A stretch of 64,000 nt of DNA from a virus. Position numbers and translations under genes: made by a program. The notes under the pieces are model-generated. The model did no database searches. It saw only the letters and a program-made list of their open reading frames with translations, and was not told where the DNA came from. The stretch covers positions 1 through 64,000 of the IMG/VR virus record IMGVR_UViG_3300044786_000023, one strand, 5' to 3'. How positions within the stretch are numbered: position 1 is the stretch's first letter; each line of letters opens with the position of its first letter. This document shows, in pieces, positions 59,450 through 64,000 of the stretch.

Positions 59450-61041
59450 GCGTACTTATCCCTAGCAGGAATGAGGAGTTCTTACTTAATACCGTTAATG
59501 ACGTGTTAGCCAACATTCAGGCTGATACTGAGATTATTTGCGTACTTGACGGAAGCTGGCCTATTGAACCAATCCCAGATAGCCCTCGCATAACCCTAAT
59601 TCATCACCCTACATCCATCGGCCAGCGTGCAGCAATCAATGAAGCGGCGCGGGTATCTACTGCCAAGTATGTAATGAAATTTGATGCTCATTGTGCTGTT
59701 GCCCCTGGTTTTGATAAGGTACTGCTAGAAGATATGCAACCCGATTGGACACAAGTACCCATCATGCGAAACTTACACGTATTCGACTGGGTATGTGATT
59801 GTGGGCATCGAATGTACCAGAGGCCAACGCCGGAGTCATGTCCAAATTGCAATGGACAAATGACAAAAGAGATAGTCTGGATTGCCAAGACTAATCCTCA
59901 AAGTAAAGCATATTGCTTTGATTCTACCCCTCACTTTCAGTACTTTGGAGAGTTTAGCAAGCGGCCTGAAGGCAAAGGCGACTTAACGGAGTCCATGAGC
60001 TTGCAAGGTTCATGCTTTATGATGACCAGAGAGAGATACCTAGAGTTGGAGGTATGCGACGAATCTATTGGCAGTTGGGGCAGTCAAGGAATCGAAGTCG
60101 CCTGTAAGACGTGGCTATCGGGTGGTAGGGTGATAGTCAATCATCGAACATGGTACGCACATCTGTTTAGGAAGTATGGCGATTTCGGCTTTCCGTATCC
60201 GTTAAGCGGTAAGGAAACGGAATATGCTAAAGAACAAGTTAGAGAGTTATTCTTTGAGAATAGATGGCCTAAGCAAATTAAGCCACTATCCTGGCTGGTT
60301 GAAAAGTTTTGGCCCGTACCAGGATGGACTGATGAGGACCTGAAACGAATAGCGCCAAGTAAAGCAGCAATTTATTATACCGACAATCGGCTCGATTCTA
60401 ACATAATGCAAGTTTGCCAGAATCAACTTAAGCAAAGCTTAAACGGTCACAAGCTGGTATCCGTCTCACTCAAACCACTAGACCTTGGCGAGAACATCAC
60501 ACTAGATTTAGAGCGCGGGTATCTAACTATGTTCAAGCAGATTCTGGCTGGCTTAGAGGCTTGCATGGCTGATGTCGTTTTCTTATGCGAGCATGACGTT
60601 TTGTACCACCCTTCACACTTTGATTTTACCCCACCTGATAGAACCAAGATTTATTACAACGCAAATGTATGGCACTTAAGAGTATCGGACGGTCACGCCG
60701 TTTATTACACGGCTAAAAGGACAAGCCAACTATGCGCCTATCGAGATGTACTAATCAGACATTATCGCAAACGTGTGGCCTTAGTTGAGCAAGACGGCTT
60801 CAGTCGCAAGATGGGTTTTGAGCCTGGAAGTCATAACCGCACTGAGCGAGTGGACGATCTGAAGTCTGATACTTGGCAGAGTGAGCATCCCAATGTGGAC
60901 ATAAAGCATGACCAAAATTTGACACCGGCTCGGTGGAAACAAGAGGCTTTTAGAGATAAAAGAAATTGCCAGAATTGGCAAGAGTCCGATGAGATACCCT
61001 ATTGGGGGGTAACTAAAAATATATTTATGGAGGTGATTTGA
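59431..61041 (+). CDS. family-2-fold glycosyltransferase with DxH motif plus a C-terminal domain; paralog of 57937
   Basis: Carries LSVLIPSRNE...IICVLDG...YVMKFDAHCAVAPGF. A Cys4 insertion (CDCGH...CPNC) is present. Confidence 0.75.
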   Translation: MGAVDLSVLIPSRNEEFLLNTVNDVLANIQADTEIICVLDGSWPIEPIPDSPRITLIHHPTSIGQRAAINEAARVSTAKYVMKFDAHCAVAPGFDKVLLEDMQPDWTQVPIMRNLHVFDWVCDCGHRMYQRPTPESCPNCNGQMTKEIVWIAKTNPQSKAYCFDSTPHFQYFGEFSKRPEGKGDLTESMSLQGSCFMMTRERYLELEVCDESIGSWGSQGIEVACKTWLSGGRVIVNHRTWYAHLFRKYGDFGFPYPLSGKETEYAKEQVRELFFENRWPKQIKPLSWLVEKFWPVPGWTDEDLKRIAPSKAAIYYTDNRLDSNIMQVCQNQLKQSLNGHKLVSVSLKPLDLGENITLDLERGYLTMFKQILAGLEACMADVVFLCEHDVLYHPSHFDFTPPDRTKIYYNANVWHLRVSDGHAVYYTAKRTSQLCAYRDVLIRHYRKRVALVEQDGFSRKMGFEPGSHNRTERVDDLKSDTWQSEHPNVDIKHDQNLTPARWKQEAFRDKRNCQNWQESDEIPYWGVTKNIFMEVI

Positions 61042-61042
61042 A

Positions 61043-61300
61043 ATGGCAGTTTTACAGGATGTTGATAGATTTGATGTTTGGGCTGAAGCGATGCGTGAAT
61101 GGAGTAGGGAAGCGCAGACGGTTGGGGTAAATAAAGCCGATCTCAGGGTGGCAGTAAATGCTATCGACGATTGGGTAAATATAAACGCTTCCGCCTTCAA
61201 TGCGGCCATTCCGCAGCCGGCACGTGCTGCACTAACCGCACCACAAAAAGCATTGCTGCTCATGTACGTCATTCAAAAACGATCTGCGAAGGGGAACTAA
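61043..61300 (+). CDS. hypothetical protein
   Basis: Track ORF. Confidence 0.5.
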   Translation: MAVLQDVDRFDVWAEAMREWSREAQTVGVNKADLRVAVNAIDDWVNINASAFNAAIPQPARAALTAPQKALLLMYVIQKRSAKGN

Positions 61301-61303
61301 CTG

Positions 61304-61798
61304 ATGACTACTACCCGATGTATAGGAACGCCCTATTCTGCTGAATTTCCAGCAGCTAATTTTCCGCAATTGCAACTGGTCAACCGTCGTCCAGTTTTAT
61401 CTTTTGATGCGGCCACAGATGAAACGACTTACTGGACCTTCGTCGCTTGGCAGGGGCTAACCGGCACAATGACTCTTATTATTAGTTACATGATGGCTTC
61501 TGCTGTAGCTGACGAAGTTGGCTTTCAGGCTCAAATTGAGGCCGTTACCGATGGAGACGCGACCGACCTTGACGCAACAACCTCATTTGATAGCGTCAAT
61601 AATTCAGCCTCTGTCACCGTACCGGCTACAGCCGGCTATATTGACCAAATTTCAATCACTATGACTAATCAAGACAGTATCGCAGTGGGGGATTATTTCC
61701 GACTTTCGGTGAATCGTGATGCGGATGGATCGGCCATCACCGATGATGCGACGGGGGACTGTCACATACTCGCAGTTGAATTGAGGGACGCAGCATAA
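61304..61798 (+). CDS. hypothetical virion protein
   Basis: Track ORF. Confidence 0.5.
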   Translation: MTTTRCIGTPYSAEFPAANFPQLQLVNRRPVLSFDAATDETTYWTFVAWQGLTGTMTLIISYMMASAVADEVGFQAQIEAVTDGDATDLDATTSFDSVNNSASVTVPATAGYIDQISITMTNQDSIAVGDYFRLSVNRDADGSAITDDATGDCHILAVELRDAA

Positions 61799-64000
61799 AT
61801 GGCAGTTCGCTTCAATGCGTCAGGTGAATACCTACAATTGACAAGCGGGGTATTCAATAATAATACCGCCTATTCGTACTGTTTTTGGTTTTTCTATCCG
61901 ACAACTTGGACCGCAAACAGGGTTGTGGTATCTGTTGATGCGGGTGTATATGATGCCAATTTTGATTTTGTCTTTACTCGCCCTGATGGATTTCTGGCTA
62001 TCCATGATAGTATTGGTGGATACGGTGAAAGCTCAAGCGCGTTCGCGGTAAACACTTGGTATCATTTGGCCGTTGTTCGCTCATCGGCCACAAATATAAA
62101 GTTGTATATCAATGGTGTTCTTGAAGCAACAGATACGGGGGATGTTTCGGCCCGGCCTGTGGCTACTCGGTTCACATTAGGCAGTCAAAGTGCCAGTCCA
62201 TACGACTCGTGGGATGGCCGGATGGCTTATTGTAAAGCCTGGACCGCAGAACTGACCGCTGCCGAAGTTTTACAGGAAATCTATGTAATCAGACCGGTCA
62301 AATTCGATAATCTTTATGGATTTTGGCCGCTCTTTCCTGGCGCGGCGGAACGACTGATTGATTACTCAGGCAACGGGCGCAATCTGACGGCTGGCGGCAC
62401 GCTAACCGATGAAGACCCGCCGCCGGTCAGCTGGGGAGCGGGTCTATCTTATTCTCAATTCGTAGCAGGTGGTAGCCCCAGTGCCTCAGTATCTCCCAGC
62501 GTTTCCCCTTCAGCCAGCGTCAGCCCGTCCGTTTCGCCTTCGGTCAGTCCCTCCGTCAGTGTTAGTCCGTCTGCCAGCGTAAGTCCGAGCGCTTCGATTT
62601 CGCCATCGGCATCCATCAGTCCAAGCGCATCTGTTAGCCCTAGTGTTAGCCCATCAATATCACCAAGCGCATCGGTTTCGCCCTCCGCTTCTGTCTCACC
62701 TTCAGTTAGTCCATCAATTTCTCCTTCTGCTTCAGTTAGTCCAAGTGCGTCGCTTTCGCCATCAGCATCCCTGAGTCCGAGTGCCAGTGTTAGTCCTTCG
62801 ATATCGCCTTCGGTATCTCCCAGTGCCAGTGTATCGCCGAGTGCCTCAGTAAGTCCGAGTGCTAGTGTCTCACCTAGTGTCTCGCCTAGTGTAAGTCCTT
62901 CTGCCAGTGTTAGCCCGTCAGCATCGGTATCTCCTTCAATCTCGCCATCGGCTTCGGTTTCGCCATCGGCGTCGGTTAGCCCGTCCGTTTCGCCATCCGC
63001 CTCAATCAGTCCTTCAGCCAGTGTTTCGCCTAGTGCTAGTGTTTCGCCATCTGTTAGCCCATCTGCCAGTATATCCCCCTCTGCCTCGGTTAGCCCGTCG
63101 GTTTCACCATCTGCTAGCGTGAGTCCATCTACTAGCGTCTCACCAAGTGTTAGCCCCAGTGCTAGCGTTTCGCCATCGGCGTCGGTATCGCCTTCAGCCA
63201 GTGTTTCACCTAGTGCTAGTTCACCTTCAGCCTCAATTAGTCCTTCTGCTAGTGTTTCCCCCAGTGCCAGTGTAAGCCCATCGGCTAGTGTCTCGCCTTC
63301 AGTTAGTCCATCTGCTAGCGCCTCGGCGTCGGTTAGTCCGAGTCCCAGTCCAGGGCCAGCCGGGACTGCTATTCGTATTTCTCCTGTTAGTAGAGTTGGT
63401 GCAGGTTCCTATGAGATATGGCTGACAAGTGACACGGGTTCACGGTTGGCACATCTGACTACTATCACGGCCCTTACCGCTTCACGGGTAGTCAATGGCG
63501 TAGGCTGGTTTGCGTTGAAAATGCCGCTGTCATTCAACATTAACATGATAGCTGTAGATAGGATGATTCAAATATGGCGACAACCACGCGGTGGGGTGAT
63601 GTCGCTGTGGCGGCCTTACTTTTTGCGCAAATGGGTATTTTCGACCGAGGGGAGTAAAGAAATTGTGACGATGGAGGGACCATGCGTAAACGATGTGCTG
63701 CGGCGTAGAATCATAGCGGCTTATAGTGGTTCAGCGCAAGCCAGTAAAACAGATTTTGCCGATGATATGATGAAGGAAGTTGTAACTCAGAGTATAGCCG
63801 ATGGAGTTGCACCTGTGCCAGCAGCAGGTACGCGGGTATGGAGTAATTTCAGCATACAAACTGATGCAAGCGCCGGGCCGACAATTACCAAGTCGTTTCC
63901 ATTTGATACGCTTCTAAGTGGCTCAGGCAACGGTGTACTACCCGTATTAGCGCAGGCAGCGCGCGAGGCTGGTACTGAGGTGTTTTTTAGTGTTGAACCT
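61799..64000 (+). CDS. LamG/ConA-like lectin domain, ~293-aa Ser/Pro repeat, Tal-like tail protein (3' end beyond window)
   Basis: Not in the track (no stop in the window). I translated it in frame from ATG 61799 to 64000 without a stop. WYHLAVVRSSATNIKLYINGVL is LamG-like. Residues encoded at 62474-63352 are SPS[AVI]S[VIL]/SPSV repeats. The C-terminal part (YEIWLTSDTGSRLAHL...VDRMIQIWRQP...) resembles siphovirus Tal/Gp37-like N-termini. Confidence 0.75.
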   Translation, partial: MAVRFNASGEYLQLTSGVFNNNTAYSYCFWFFYPTTWTANRVVVSVDAGVYDANFDFVFTRPDGFLAIHDSIGGYGESSSAFAVNTWYHLAVVRSSATNIKLYINGVLEATDTGDVSARPVATRFTLGSQSASPYDSWDGRMAYCKAWTAELTAAEVLQEIYVIRPVKFDNLYGFWPLFPGAAERLIDYSGNGRNLTAGGTLTDEDPPPVSWGAGLSYSQFVAGGSPSASVSPSVSPSASVSPSVSPSVSPSVSVSPSASVSPSASISPSASISPSASVSPSVSPSISPSASVSPSASVSPSVSPSISPSASVSPSASLSPSASLSPSASVSPSISPSVSPSASVSPSASVSPSASVSPSVSPSVSPSASVSPSASVSPSISPSASVSPSASVSPSVSPSASISPSASVSPSASVSPSVSPSASISPSASVSPSVSPSASVSPSTSVSPSVSPSASVSPSASVSPSASVSPSASSPSASISPSASVSPSASVSPSASVSPSVSPSASASASVSPSPSPGPAGTAIRISPVSRVGAGSYEIWLTSDTGSRLAHLTTITALTASRVVNGVGWFALKMPLSFNINMIAVDRMIQIWRQPRGGVMSLWRPYFLRKWVFSTEGSKEIVTMEGPCVNDVLRRRIIAAYSGSAQASKTDFADDMMKEVVTQSIADGVAPVPAAGTRVWSNFSIQTDASAGPTITKSFPFDTLLSGSGNGVLPVLAQAAREAGTEVFFSVEP
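62474..63352 (+). repeat. degenerate 12/18-nt coding tandem repeat (Ser-Pro-Ser-x-Ser-x)
   Basis: Read directly from the sequence. All six Ser codons are interleaved, so the protein repeat is far more regular than the DNA repeat. Confidence 0.8.

Noticed and set aside
62907-63122. Arg-rich ORF MLARQHRYLLQSRHRLRF...
   Set aside because: It is an alternative frame of the Ser/Pro repeat. The repeat frame is continuous with the flanking LamG and Tal-like domains.
1-64000. tRNA genes, rRNA genes, integrase and att sites.
   Set aside because: I found no GGTTCGAATCC-type T-arm or cloverleaf in the intergenic regions. No tyrosine or serine recombinase motifs appear in any ORF. The excisionase-type HTH alone is not evidence of integration.

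Overview
This window is a contiguous fragment of a tailed dsDNA phage or prophage genome with siphovirus-type late gene order. I saw no rRNA, tRNA, CRISPR array or integrase.

Layout:
1. 1-11272, leftward. Membrane-anchored FtsK/HerA-like ATPase (not in the ORF track), small membrane proteins, a DUF2637-like/HTH protein, a Cro-like HTH, an HNH, an iteron-type origin, a P4/D5-type primase-helicase, a Dam-type MTase, a vWA protein, a J-domain protein, a RecT-like annealase and an ERCC4 nuclease.
2. 11429-17687, rightward. Opens with a paralogous HTH regulator at near-consensus divergent promoters. Contains a second, bipartite repeat array, an IS110-C-terminal-like HhH protein, a PrimPol with a CHC2 finger and many small ORFs.
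3. 17688-19420, leftward. Small genes, including an excisionase/MerR-type HTH.
4. 19567-64000, rightward late block. TerS, TerL, RmlC-like cupin, portal, CDGSH Fe-S protein, MuF-like protein, protease/scaffold fusion and major capsid. An ~18 kb island follows, with about 7 glycosyltransferase-like genes, 5 SAM methyltransferases, an RmlD-like reductase, a Nudix hydrolase and an HNH. After it come head-tail and tail genes, a chaperone pair, the tape measure, a Dit with an inserted beta-propeller and three more GT2 genes. The last ORF is a LamG / ~290-aa Ser-Pro repeat / Tal-like protein that runs off the window.

Main hypothesis: a dedicated virion O-glycosylation system acting on the tail tip and possibly the capsid, building methylated deoxyhexose glycans, with the Ser-rich repeat as a candidate acceptor.

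All functional calls come from by-eye motif recognition and gene order. None was verified by a database search.
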